From positions 72,956 through 136,955 of the forward strand of contig CAZIRR010000001.1 of NCBI GenBank assembly GCA_964541825.1: a DNA stretch of 64,000 nucleotides, in the 5' to 3' direction. This DNA is from an uncultured Christensenella sp. (GTDB lineage: Bacteria; Bacillota; Clostridia; Christensenellales; UBA1242). Numbering within the stretch: position 1 is the first letter of the stretch; every line of letters begins with the position of its first letter. Below the pieces are notes generated by a model, which saw only the letters and a program-made list of their open reading frames with translations, was not told where the DNA came from and ran no database searches. Below, piece after piece: positions 48,595-57,812 of this stretch. Both the position numbers and the translations under genes were made by a program.

Positions 48595-49301
48595 TTGCTA
48601 AATTCATATAGTGCAATGCCTACCGACATTGATAAATTAAGACTATCAATTTGATTTGTGTGTTTAATAATAAGTGGTTGCCCTAGATTTAAGTAATTTT
48701 CGCTAAGCCCTGTGGCTTCATTGCCGAAGATAAGTGTATGTGGAGTACTTATATTATCTATTTTTTGTAGTTGTGTAGAAGCTTTGAGCATAAAAGGATA
48801 TTTTGCATTTTTATTGATATCTAGATAATCTTTGATATCGTCAAATATCTCTATATTTAGCCCAAATATTGCACCCATACTTGCTCTAATCACTTTTGGG
48901 TCAAAAATGTCAACGCAAGGCTTGACTATGCTTAAGTTTGTATATCCAAATCCCAGCATTTCTCTCATAATTGTGCCGACATTCCCCATATCGCTAGGGG
49001 AAACAAGCAATACTTGATTTTGATTATTGTCGACCTTGCTTGAATATTTTTTAAAAACCCCCATTACATAGATATTGCCTTTGCCCGATAATTTTTCTAT
49101 CAATTTCCCTTGAGTTTTGATAGGAATATTTTTTTCTTTGGCAAGTTTAATTATATTTTGTAGGTCACTACTATTGGAAGTTTTTTCGTGTATAATTATT
49201 TCTATAATTTGCTCACTTTTTTTGTGTAAAAGTTCATAAGTGGGGAATGCCCCAAAACTAAAACTTATATCGCTATCTTTTGAATACTTTTTTAATTCCA
49301 T
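48570..49301 (-). CDS. TrmH/SpoU-family RNA 2'-O-methyltransferase
   Basis: SDMGNVGTIMR, PKVIRASMGA, LIFGNEATGL and DSLNLS SPOUT motifs. Confidence 0.9.
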   Translation of the reverse strand: MELKKYSKDSDISFSFGAFPTYELLHKKSEQIIEIIIHEKTSNSSDLQNIIKLAKEKNIPIKTQGKLIEKLSGKGNIYVMGVFKKYSSKVDNNQNQVLLVSPSDMGNVGTIMREMLGFGYTNLSIVKPCVDIFDPKVIRASMGAIFGLNIEIFDDIKDYLDINKNAKYPFMLKASTQLQKIDNISTPHTLIFGNEATGLSENYLNLGQPLIIKHTNQIDSLNLSMSVGIALYEFSKKEMEKLD

Positions 49302-49315
49302 AAAATATTCCTCTT

Positions 49316-50251
49316 TTAGTCAAACATATTGTCGTCATTTAGAATAAGTTTGATTACTTCTCTCTTTAGAGAATTGTCCATAGGGGCACCCGATGCTTTT
49401 ATATGTCCGCCTCCGCCATATATAGATGCTATTTCTGCCACATTCATATCATCTTTTGAACATCTAAAGGACAAACCTTGTTGCATATTAATAATCACTA
49501 TAAAATCAAGTAAATACTCATATTTTTTGGAGAGATAATTACCAAGCAGACTTCTATTGCTCTCAGCAAAAACAATGCCACAACGTTTGCCACATAGAGT
49601 TGCGTGAAACATTGTTTTTTCGGTCTCCTCCATATATCTTTTTATTCTCTCTTGTTCTATCTCAAGCAAATATTCTTGCTGTTCGGTAAAGAAGAATTCT
49701 TTGTTTTCTCGGAAGAATTTTACGAAGTATTCAATGTACTTGTCTCTGCCCAAAATGTCGTGCAAATCGTTTAGTTTCTTGGCTTCCATATTATTGGTCT
49801 TTGCCCAGTCCCAAGTATCGCTTAGTCTTATAAGTTCGGCATAATGCTCAATTCCTGCATTGTCAAAAATATCGGGATATTCTTTCTTTAGATATTTATA
49901 CAATAGCGATGTAGCACATTCATTTACCCCCTCGCTATTTCTAGAAATGGCACAGCCAAAAGGATATTCATTTGCAATTAGATTGAATGCGTGATGGTCG
50001 AATAAGTGAAAATTCTCGCTTTTGCCAGTTCTCATTATCATATCGCAAGTGGCTTTGTCTAGAGTTAAATCAGTGATAAAAATTTCGTCATAATTTAAAT
50101 AGCTTTTGTTTTTGATAATTTCTTGAACTTTTGGAATTATGTCGTTTGCATTAAGCAAGACATAATCCAAATTTTCTCTTATTAATTTCAAAAATATTAC
50201 AGGGCTAATACCATCGGGGTCGGCTTTGTGTGTAAGCAATAGTGTTCTCAT
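49316..50251 (-). CDS. DHH/DHHA1-family phosphoesterase (NrnA/NrnB-like)
   Basis: HKADPDG, ITDL, FDHH and GGGHIKASG. Confidence 0.9.
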   Translation of the reverse strand: MRTLLLTHKADPDGISPVIFLKLIRENLDYVLLNANDIIPKVQEIIKNKSYLNYDEIFITDLTLDKATCDMIMRTGKSENFHLFDHHAFNLIANEYPFGCAISRNSEGVNECATSLLYKYLKKEYPDIFDNAGIEHYAELIRLSDTWDWAKTNNMEAKKLNDLHDILGRDKYIEYFVKFFRENKEFFFTEQQEYLLEIEQERIKRYMEETEKTMFHATLCGKRCGIVFAESNRSLLGNYLSKKYEYLLDFIVIINMQQGLSFRCSKDDMNVAEIASIYGGGGHIKASGAPMDNSLKREVIKLILNDDNMFD

Positions 50252-50287
50252 TTTGTTATCCTTTTATATTGTATTTGTAAATTTTGT

Positions 50288-51640
50288 TTACTTGATTCTC
50301 AAGTCTTTGCTGTAATAGTTTTTTAGTCTTCCATTTACAGCTTTTCCTCCGCCAAGAGCAGTTGATAGATAAGTGATAGCATATATATTATTAGGCTTGT
50401 CTATAGTTAATTCTTCTCCTCTTAAATACTTATTTGTTTGGTCTTTATCTAAATCTATCTTGTGATAAAAATTTTTGCCAAAAGTGTGATAAAACTCGTG
50501 TGAGACTTTTAAAATTCCTTGTTTTATCTCTCCAACATATGTTCCCGGATATATTACATTTAAATCAAATGTGTCAATAGTTGTTTGGGGGATTGTGAAA
50601 ATAAAATTGTCTTTTTTGACAAATTCCATATGGTTTGTGTCAATAACGTATCTAAAAGTGTCATTTATAATGTTTCTTTCTTTATTGCTAATTTTGCAAT
50701 AGTTTTTGAATGCTGAAGCTTTTGGCTGTAGAATTTTGGCACTTGTAGATTTTTTAGTAAGGGCTATCATAAATTGTCCTTCACCTCTACATTTGTGAGG
50801 ATATCTTCTTAGTGCTAGATGGGTGTCAAAATTTTCTATTTTTATTCCTTTGTCACATACTGCCAAAAATTCATTTTTGTTGATAATCTCAAAGTCATTG
50901 TTGTCCTTTAGAAATTGTGCTATTACACCTTCGTTTTCTCTTATGTCATATGTGCAAGTAGAGTATACAAGTCTACCTCCATCTTTGAGTAAATGCTTAA
51001 CACTATTTAGTATTTTTAGTTGTCTTTTTGCATTTGCGTCTATCGCGTCTGGCGAGTAATTGTCCATATCAAAATTGGCTTTTCTGATCATTCCTTCTCC
51101 GCCACAAGGAGCATCTACTAGAATGCAGTCAAATTGACAATCAATATTTTCAAAGTCTTCTGGGCTATTGCAAGTAATTATGCAATTGTCAAATCCCATT
51201 CGACTTATGTTTTCTTGAAGAATTTTGGCACGCTTGAAAACTATTTCGTTTGAGATAAGTATTCCTGTGCCATTTAGCTTTTCGAGTATTTGTATAGATT
51301 TGCCACCGGGGGAGGCACATACATCTAGTACTCTGTCGCCTTCTTTTATATCTAGTAATTCTACAGGATACATCGCACTTGGCTCTTGGGAATAAATTAC
51401 ACCTAAGTGATTGAATATATTATCTGCGAATTTAAAATTGCCCACATAATAACCATTATCTATAAGTGGGATTTTTTCTATCTCGTTGTCAAAATTTTGC
51501 AAAAAAGTATTTGCGTCCATTCTTGCATAATTTACAGTAATCCCTTTTTGCTGTGGTTGGTCTAGTGCCTCAAAAAATGCGTGGCTTTCGTCACCTAGCA
51601 AATTAGTCATTTTATTTTGGAAGTCTTGAGGTAAATTCAT
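50288..51640 (-). CDS. rsmF: RsmF/NOL1/NOP2-family rRNA m5C methyltransferase
   Basis: YSQEPSAM, LDVCASPGGKS, LVDAPCGGEG, LVYSTCT and C-terminal LKNYY.K.LR. Confidence 0.88.
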   Translation of the reverse strand: MNLPQDFQNKMTNLLGDESHAFFEALDQPQQKGITVNYARMDANTFLQNFDNEIEKIPLIDNGYYVGNFKFADNIFNHLGVIYSQEPSAMYPVELLDIKEGDRVLDVCASPGGKSIQILEKLNGTGILISNEIVFKRAKILQENISRMGFDNCIITCNSPEDFENIDCQFDCILVDAPCGGEGMIRKANFDMDNYSPDAIDANAKRQLKILNSVKHLLKDGGRLVYSTCTYDIRENEGVIAQFLKDNNDFEIINKNEFLAVCDKGIKIENFDTHLALRRYPHKCRGEGQFMIALTKKSTSAKILQPKASAFKNYCKISNKERNIINDTFRYVIDTNHMEFVKKDNFIFTIPQTTIDTFDLNVIYPGTYVGEIKQGILKVSHEFYHTFGKNFYHKIDLDKDQTNKYLRGEELTIDKPNNIYAITYLSTALGGGKAVNGRLKNYYSKDLRIK

Positions 51641-51859
51641 ATTGTCCTTTTTTATAAATATCTATCACAAATATTTTTGTAAAATATTTAAACTTCCGAT
51701 ATTATATCACAAATATATATTAAAGTAAAATCTTTTATAAATCATCTTGTAGGCTACTTTCATTGGTTATAAGTAATGGCACATATACTCTTGTCAAATC
51801 TAACGTACGAGGTAGTTTCCTTATATATAATAAAAGCCAATACATTTTCTTGACTTATC

Positions 51860-51889
51860 AAAAAAGCCCACCTTGTGGTGGACTTGTTA
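51860..51889 (-). terminator. Terminator downstream of tRNA-Gly
   Basis: Minus strand AAGTCCACC-ACAA-GGTGGGCTTTTTT. Confidence 0.7.
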
Positions 51890-51891
51890 TA

Positions 51892-51965
51892 TGGAGCAGG
51901 TGAAGGGAATCGGACCCTCGTAGTCGGCTTGGGAAGCCGATATTCTACCATTGAACTACACCTGC
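51892..51965 (-). tRNA. tRNA-Gly (anticodon CCC)
   Basis: 74-nt cloverleaf: acceptor GCAGGTG/CACCTGC, discriminator T, encoded CCA, anticodon arm TCGGC-TTCCCAA-GCCGA. T-loop reads TCCGATT. Confidence 0.93.
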
Positions 51966-51982
51966 AAATTGAATATATAAAT

Positions 51983-52011
51983 ATTATATTATATATATGC
52001 AAAATTGTCAA
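51983..52011 (-). promoter_or_regulatory. Consensus sigma-A promoter of tRNA-Gly
   Basis: Minus strand TTGACA-17 bp-TATAAT. Confidence 0.8.
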
Positions 52012-52197
52012 ATACAATTATTATGTATTTTGTCTAAATTTTGACAATATACCAAATTTCGACTTTGAAAAAATTTTTTATAATAAAAGTCTTTAAAGGT
52101 TATTTGTATTTTTGTTGCTCAAAAATTTATGCAAACTTCTATCTTTGTGATATACTTGAAAGAGAAAATTATTTTTATTTTTTTCAAGGAGTAAATT

Positions 52198-53784
52198 ATG
52201 GAAAAAGATTGGTGGAGAAATGCTAGCGGATATCAAATATATATTCGCTCATTCAAAGATGGCAATAACGACGGCATAGGGGATTTAAAAGGCATTAGAC
52301 AAAAATTAACATATATCCAAAGTTTGGGCGTGGATTTTATTTGGATTTGTCCTTTTTATGATAGCCCAATGGAGGATAATGGCTATGATGTCAGAGATTA
52401 TTTCAAAGTCGCTCACGAATATGGAAGTATGTCCGACCTAAAAAAATTAATAGTAGACGCTCACAATTTGGGGCTTAAGGTGATTCTTGATTTGGTGCTT
52501 AATCATACTTCAAGTACACACAATTGGTTTAAGAAGAGCGAAAATAGAATTCCTCCATATGAAGATATGTATGTTTGGAAAGATGGTAAGGATTTAAATG
52601 GTGTAGTGTCTGAGCCAAACAATTGGCAGTCGTTTTTCTCTGGACCTGCGTGGAAATATAGCCCTAAGCGAAAACAATATTATCTTAGGATTTTTTCTCC
52701 AACTATGCCAGATATCAATTACGAGAGTGATGTGGCATTTGCAAAAATAGAAGAAATAATCAATTTCTATAGAGATATGGGGGTTGATGGTTTTAGGGTA
52801 GATGCTGTAGCACATATTGGCAAAGATTTGTCTTTTAAAGATGGCAAAAAGAACAAGACATATTTGCGTTTTTCCAATATGCCCAATACCCACAAATATT
52901 TGCAAAAATTAAACAAAATATTCCAAAAAAACAATATGACAACTATTGGCGAATTAGGTGGCAATCCTAGCGACCAAGATTTGCTTCAGTATACCCACAA
53001 AGAATTGGATATGGTATGCAGTTTTGAGCAAATGGGGGTATTTAATTCCAATCATACAATCAATAGAAAAGAATTATTAAAAACTCTTAAAAGAAAAGAA
53101 AAATTGGGTGCCAAGGGTGGCTGGTCGGCATTGTTTTGGCTCAATCACGATTACCCTCGATTACTCTCCAAAATTGATGGCGAAAAAGATAACAAAAATG
53201 CTCAAATTTGTCTGTCTGCTCTTATGTATTTGCTCAAAGGCACACCTATTATATACAATGGCGAAGAGATAGGTATGGAGAATTATCCTTTTGCTTCACC
53301 AGAAGATTTCTTGGACGTAAATGCTCGAATGATACTAGACAATGCCGAGGACAAAGAAGAGGCTTTCCAAAATCTCAAAGAAACTACTCGAGACCACGCA
53401 CGTACTGTTATGCAATGGCAAGATAAAAAATGGGCAGGATTTTCGGAAGCAAAACCTCTAATGTATGTCAATAAAAATTACAAAAAAATCAATGTGGAGA
53501 AAGCTATACAAAATCCGAAATCTATTTTCAATCATTATAGGGAAATTTTGTCGCTTAGAAAAAATATTTCGAACAATATTATTTATGGGAAATATAAATT
53601 TTATTTGAAACGCAATATCCTTGGATATCGAATACTTACCAAGGACGAAAGAATTTTGGTTGTTGCCAATCTTTCTCAAAAAGACTATGACATAAAAAGT
53701 GTACAAGAAGTTTTGTACTCTAATATGCCATTTAGTCAAGTATTAAAACCATATCAAATTATCATCGCCAAAATCACCAAATAA
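52198..53784 (+). CDS. GH13 oligo-1,6-glucosidase / alpha-glucosidase
   Basis: WW...YQIY.RSF.D.N.DGIGDL, DNGYD, DLVLNHTS, GFRVDAV (nucleophile), IGE, NHD, YNGEEIGM and RDHART.MQW. Confidence 0.93.
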   Translation: MEKDWWRNASGYQIYIRSFKDGNNDGIGDLKGIRQKLTYIQSLGVDFIWICPFYDSPMEDNGYDVRDYFKVAHEYGSMSDLKKLIVDAHNLGLKVILDLVLNHTSSTHNWFKKSENRIPPYEDMYVWKDGKDLNGVVSEPNNWQSFFSGPAWKYSPKRKQYYLRIFSPTMPDINYESDVAFAKIEEIINFYRDMGVDGFRVDAVAHIGKDLSFKDGKKNKTYLRFSNMPNTHKYLQKLNKIFQKNNMTTIGELGGNPSDQDLLQYTHKELDMVCSFEQMGVFNSNHTINRKELLKTLKRKEKLGAKGGWSALFWLNHDYPRLLSKIDGEKDNKNAQICLSALMYLLKGTPIIYNGEEIGMENYPFASPEDFLDVNARMILDNAEDKEEAFQNLKETTRDHARTVMQWQDKKWAGFSEAKPLMYVNKNYKKINVEKAIQNPKSIFNHYREILSLRKNISNNIIYGKYKFYLKRNILGYRILTKDERILVVANLSQKDYDIKSVQEVLYSNMPFSQVLKPYQIIIAKITK

Positions 53785-53876
53785 GTTATCAAAAAAATTT
53801 GTAGAAATTCAAGAATAAATATTGTAAATTTTTGTAGTTTTGTATATAATTATCTTTGCATAGGAGAAATATTATA

Positions 53877-56800
53877 ATGAAAAGCATATATACATATTAC
53901 AAAGAAAGACTGGTAGAAATTAGTGGAAAAAATAGAAGTTTGTATTCCAAAAAAATTAGCCGAAAAAATAGCTTTGATATCGGCAAACTTTTTGATGGGG
54001 ATTACAATGCAATAGGTGAACTTATAGATTTTTTGTGGAAGAGAAATAAGTATACCTTTTCTATTATTTGCAAAGAAGATACAGATAGAATAGTAAAAAA
54101 TCTTGGGCTTGAACAAAAATTCATAAAACAAAAAGCAGAACTCGAAAAATTGGAAGGCAAAGAAAAATCGTCAGCTTCTCTTAAGTTCGAAAGAAAGAAA
54201 AGAGAAGAAATCAAACGTGCTATCTTGGGTCAAGTCAATTCGGTCAAAAGTCTAAAAAGAGAAATAGAAGAATTTGAAAAAGAAACAGGCAGATACGAAC
54301 TTTATGTAGGGTATCCTTTTGTACAAGGGTTTTTAAATAGAGATGTCGAAGTCAAAGCCCCCCTTGTCCTATTTCCTGTAACTATAGATATAATCAATGA
54401 AACTACTGTCAATATTGAATTGCGTGCCAATGAAAATATTCAATTGAACAAAGTTCTCATTCTTGCATATGCACAGAAATATAGGTTAAAAGACTTTGAC
54501 GAATTGGATATGGAATTCAAAGGCTCTTTGTCGGGTAAATTCAAAGGTATCCCAGAATTGCTAGATTACTTGCGAAAGTTTAATATTAGACTATCATATA
54601 GTCCACGCAAAGGTTTGTTTGACTATGAAAAAATCAAAGAAGTCCCATATGGCCAAGGATTAGAAGTCAAACACGCGTGCGTTCTAGGTAAATATCCTCT
54701 AGCTAATTCTATTTACAATGACTATACTTTGCTTGAGAAGAAGCGTTTGACAAATGATGCAATCGATGAATTAATTTATTCCAAAAATATCAAGCCTAAT
54801 AATAAAATTGACGAAAATATGTATACTATAGGCTCGCTAGATTATGCACAAGAGAATGCAATAGATAGTATCAATCGCAATGGCAATATGGTCATATATG
54901 GACCACCAGGAACAGGTAAATCTCAGACTATTGTCAATATTATTACAGACGCTATTGCCAAACACAAAAGAGTGCTTGTAGTATCTCAAAAAAGAGCTGC
55001 TCTAGATGTCGTTTTTAATCGTTTGGGTAATCTAAATTCCAAGGTAATGTTCTTGACCGATGCTGAGAAGAAAAAAGGTGCTTTTTATGAAAGAGTCAAG
55101 ATTTTGCACGAAGAGACACTGAAACAAAATACATCTTTGGTACGAGATAAATATGAAGAGACCAATTTAAAATTGCAGACGGAAGAAAAATTATTAAAAG
55201 ATATTAGTGACGCTTTGTTTGCTCCTACCGAATTTGGTCTGTCTCTAGGTGAAATGTATGCAAGGTCTACCATTATTGGCAAGAAAAGTTTTGAGTATAT
55301 TATTTATCAAAATATGCTCAAGAATAAAAAAATGCTTAGCCTAGACTATCCTAGATTGCACGAAAGTTTACGACTTATCAAAGAGAAAAACAAAGATGAA
55401 TTATATTACAAATTTGTCGAAGAGAAAAAGGCAAATCCATTTTTGGGCAATATTAGAGAAGATTTGGAATTCCATAATGTCAATGAGACCAAATCGAAAC
55501 TAACCAAAATTTTGCAAAATAGACTTGCCCCTTTTGATATGTCCAAATATCCTAATTCTAGACAATTGGTGGCATATATTGTAGACAATAAATTGAAGAC
55601 AGACAATATTGACTCTCTAGTAAATTTTGTCGGCAAAACCAATTATCCAAAAGTTTACAAATCCTTGCCATTTTCTATTCGTGCCAAAAATAAATTAGAA
55701 AGAGAAATCAAAGACGAATTCGTCAAAACTTTAGAAGAAATCAAAGATTATACTCAAGAATACGAATTCCTAAGAGACGTGCTTACTCCTAATGGGTATA
55801 GTATGATGATAGACAATGTTCTCAATGGCAATACTCAATATCCTAAATATTTACTCAAGGCTCTAGATAATTATGTAGAATTTAGAGACCTAAATGCCAA
55901 TCTAAATACTCTTAGTGAAGACGAAAAAACTATTCTTAAATTCGCATACAAAATGACAGATACCAAAGCTAAATATCTAGAGACTTTGTCTGAGATGGAG
56001 AATATCCGTATTTATCACGAGATAACTTTGCTAGAAGATAAATTCAAGACGCAGTTAGCATATATATTAGACTATGATAATATCAAAAATAGAATATTGT
56101 CACTTAGGAAAGATTTGAACAAAATTTCTAGCGAAATTTGTATGGACAAATTCACTATGGATTATCAAAATTATTACAATAAAAATTCGACTAGCAAAGA
56201 CTACTTGTATCAAATCAATAAGACCCAAAACCAATGGGCTGTAAGAAAATTTATGGAAGTTTATGGCGAGTATTTGTATAGACTTTTCCCTTGTTGGTTG
56301 CTTTCTCCAGAGGGGGTATGTAATATTTTGCCACTTGTAAAAAATCTATTTGATGTTATCCTATTCGACGAAGCATCGCAGGTATTCATAGAAAATACTT
56401 TGCCAGTTATCTATCGTGGCAAAAATATTGTTGTGGCAGGAGATAATAAACAACTTCGCCCAACCGCTTTGTTTATGAAGAGGTATTTGGGTGGAGATAT
56501 CGAAGACAAGATGGATTATTCTACTCAAGCCGCTCTAGAAGTAGAGAGCTTACTAGACTTAGCAATGACCAGATATAGAAGTGCCAATCTTACATATCAT
56601 TATCGTAGCAAAAACGAAGAACTTATCAATTTTTCCAATCAGAGTTTCTACGATGGCAAATTGCAAATTTCTCCAAATATCGCAAGGAATAAAAATGCCA
56701 AACCAATTGAGCGTATCAAGGTAGATGGTAGATGGATAAATAGATGCAATGTAGTAGAGGCTGATGCGGTGGTAGATGTACTCAAAAAGATTTTTGCTAC

Positions 56801-57656
56801 TCGCAAAAATAATCAGTCTATAGGCATTATCACATTTAATGCAGAACAAGAAGCTATTATCGAAGACGCTATAGATACAGAATGTAATGCAAATCCAAAA
56901 TTCAAAGAATATATTCTAAGAGAAAAGAATAGAAAAGAAAATGGCGAAGATATAAGTATGTTTATCAAAAATCTAGAGAATGTCCAAGGTGATGAAAGAG
57001 ACATAATTATATTTAGCATCGGCTATGCCCAGAATGAATTTGGTAGAGTCCTTGTAAATTTTGGACCTCTTAGTATGGAAGGTGGCGAAAATAGATTAAA
57101 TGTAGCTATAACTCGTGCCAAAGAAAAAATTTATGTAATTACAAGTATCGAGCCAGAAGAATTGAATGTAGACAATACCAAAAATGTAGGGCCAAAAATT
57201 TTCAAAAATTATCTTAAGTACGTAAGAGCTGTATCGTCTGGCAATTCGCTAGAAACCAAGATAATTCTAGAGCAATTAAACAAACAACCAGAATTGGGTG
57301 TAAGACCAGAAATCCTAGGCAATATCGAAAAAGATATCAAGGTAGAACTAGAGAGATTGGGCTATAAAGTGGAGACCAACCTTGGCAATACCGATTACAA
57401 AATTGGTGTAGCCGTCTATGACAAACAATTGGATAGATATTTATTAGGTATAGAGTGCGACTATAGTGCATATATGTCGTCACCATCAGTCCTAGAAAGA
57501 GATGTCTTCCGCCCAGCATTTTTGCAGTCTCGTGGTTGGAATTTAATAAGAGTATGGAGTAGAGATTACTATATGCACAAAGCCAAAGTAATCAATTCTA
57601 TCGTAAAAGAAATCGAAAAAGCAAAAAATAAATTTCAGAAGAAATCAAAAAAATAA
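53877..57656 (+). CDS. DUF4011-type SF1 (Upf1/DNA2-like) helicase with a C-terminal Vsr/MTES_1575-like endonuclease; probable standalone anti-phage protein
   Basis: Walker A GPPGTGKSQT, SQKRAALDVV, FDEASQ, GDNKQL, HYRS, ENVQGDERD, RLNVAITRAK, and C-terminal LGIECD...RD..R...L...GW.L.RVWS. ATG at 53877 after AGGAG. Confidence 0.88.
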   Translation: MKSIYTYYKERLVEISGKNRSLYSKKISRKNSFDIGKLFDGDYNAIGELIDFLWKRNKYTFSIICKEDTDRIVKNLGLEQKFIKQKAELEKLEGKEKSSASLKFERKKREEIKRAILGQVNSVKSLKREIEEFEKETGRYELYVGYPFVQGFLNRDVEVKAPLVLFPVTIDIINETTVNIELRANENIQLNKVLILAYAQKYRLKDFDELDMEFKGSLSGKFKGIPELLDYLRKFNIRLSYSPRKGLFDYEKIKEVPYGQGLEVKHACVLGKYPLANSIYNDYTLLEKKRLTNDAIDELIYSKNIKPNNKIDENMYTIGSLDYAQENAIDSINRNGNMVIYGPPGTGKSQTIVNIITDAIAKHKRVLVVSQKRAALDVVFNRLGNLNSKVMFLTDAEKKKGAFYERVKILHEETLKQNTSLVRDKYEETNLKLQTEEKLLKDISDALFAPTEFGLSLGEMYARSTIIGKKSFEYIIYQNMLKNKKMLSLDYPRLHESLRLIKEKNKDELYYKFVEEKKANPFLGNIREDLEFHNVNETKSKLTKILQNRLAPFDMSKYPNSRQLVAYIVDNKLKTDNIDSLVNFVGKTNYPKVYKSLPFSIRAKNKLEREIKDEFVKTLEEIKDYTQEYEFLRDVLTPNGYSMMIDNVLNGNTQYPKYLLKALDNYVEFRDLNANLNTLSEDEKTILKFAYKMTDTKAKYLETLSEMENIRIYHEITLLEDKFKTQLAYILDYDNIKNRILSLRKDLNKISSEICMDKFTMDYQNYYNKNSTSKDYLYQINKTQNQWAVRKFMEVYGEYLYRLFPCWLLSPEGVCNILPLVKNLFDVILFDEASQVFIENTLPVIYRGKNIVVAGDNKQLRPTALFMKRYLGGDIEDKMDYSTQAALEVESLLDLAMTRYRSANLTYHYRSKNEELINFSNQSFYDGKLQISPNIARNKNAKPIERIKVDGRWINRCNVVEADAVVDVLKKIFATRKNNQSIGIITFNAEQEAIIEDAIDTECNANPKFKEYILREKNRKENGEDISMFIKNLENVQGDERDIIIFSIGYAQNEFGRVLVNFGPLSMEGGENRLNVAITRAKEKIYVITSIEPEELNVDNTKNVGPKIFKNYLKYVRAVSSGNSLETKIILEQLNKQPELGVRPEILGNIEKDIKVELERLGYKVETNLGNTDYKIGVAVYDKQLDRYLLGIECDYSAYMSSPSVLERDVFRPAFLQSRGWNLIRVWSRDYYMHKAKVINSIVKEIEKAKNKFQKKSKK

Positions 57657-57812
57657 TTTTCATATAAATAAAATACCGTTTATATAAATTTATTTAAAAA
57701 AATAAAGAGCAAAAAAGACAAAATAGATTAATTGTTTTTTATGCTCTTTTTTTGTGTTTTAATTATTTAAGATTGTGGACAATATAAAAAAGAGACATAA
57801 AGGAGAGTAAAT

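Noticed and set aside
51892-51965. tRNA-Gly as an integration site
   Set aside because: Its 3' side leads straight to a terminator and core rsmF, with no duplicated tRNA 3' end or integrase in the window.
51760-52096. ORFs of 85 and 73 aa around 51.9 kb
   Set aside because: They overlap the tRNA-Gly gene and its promoter, so they are spurious.
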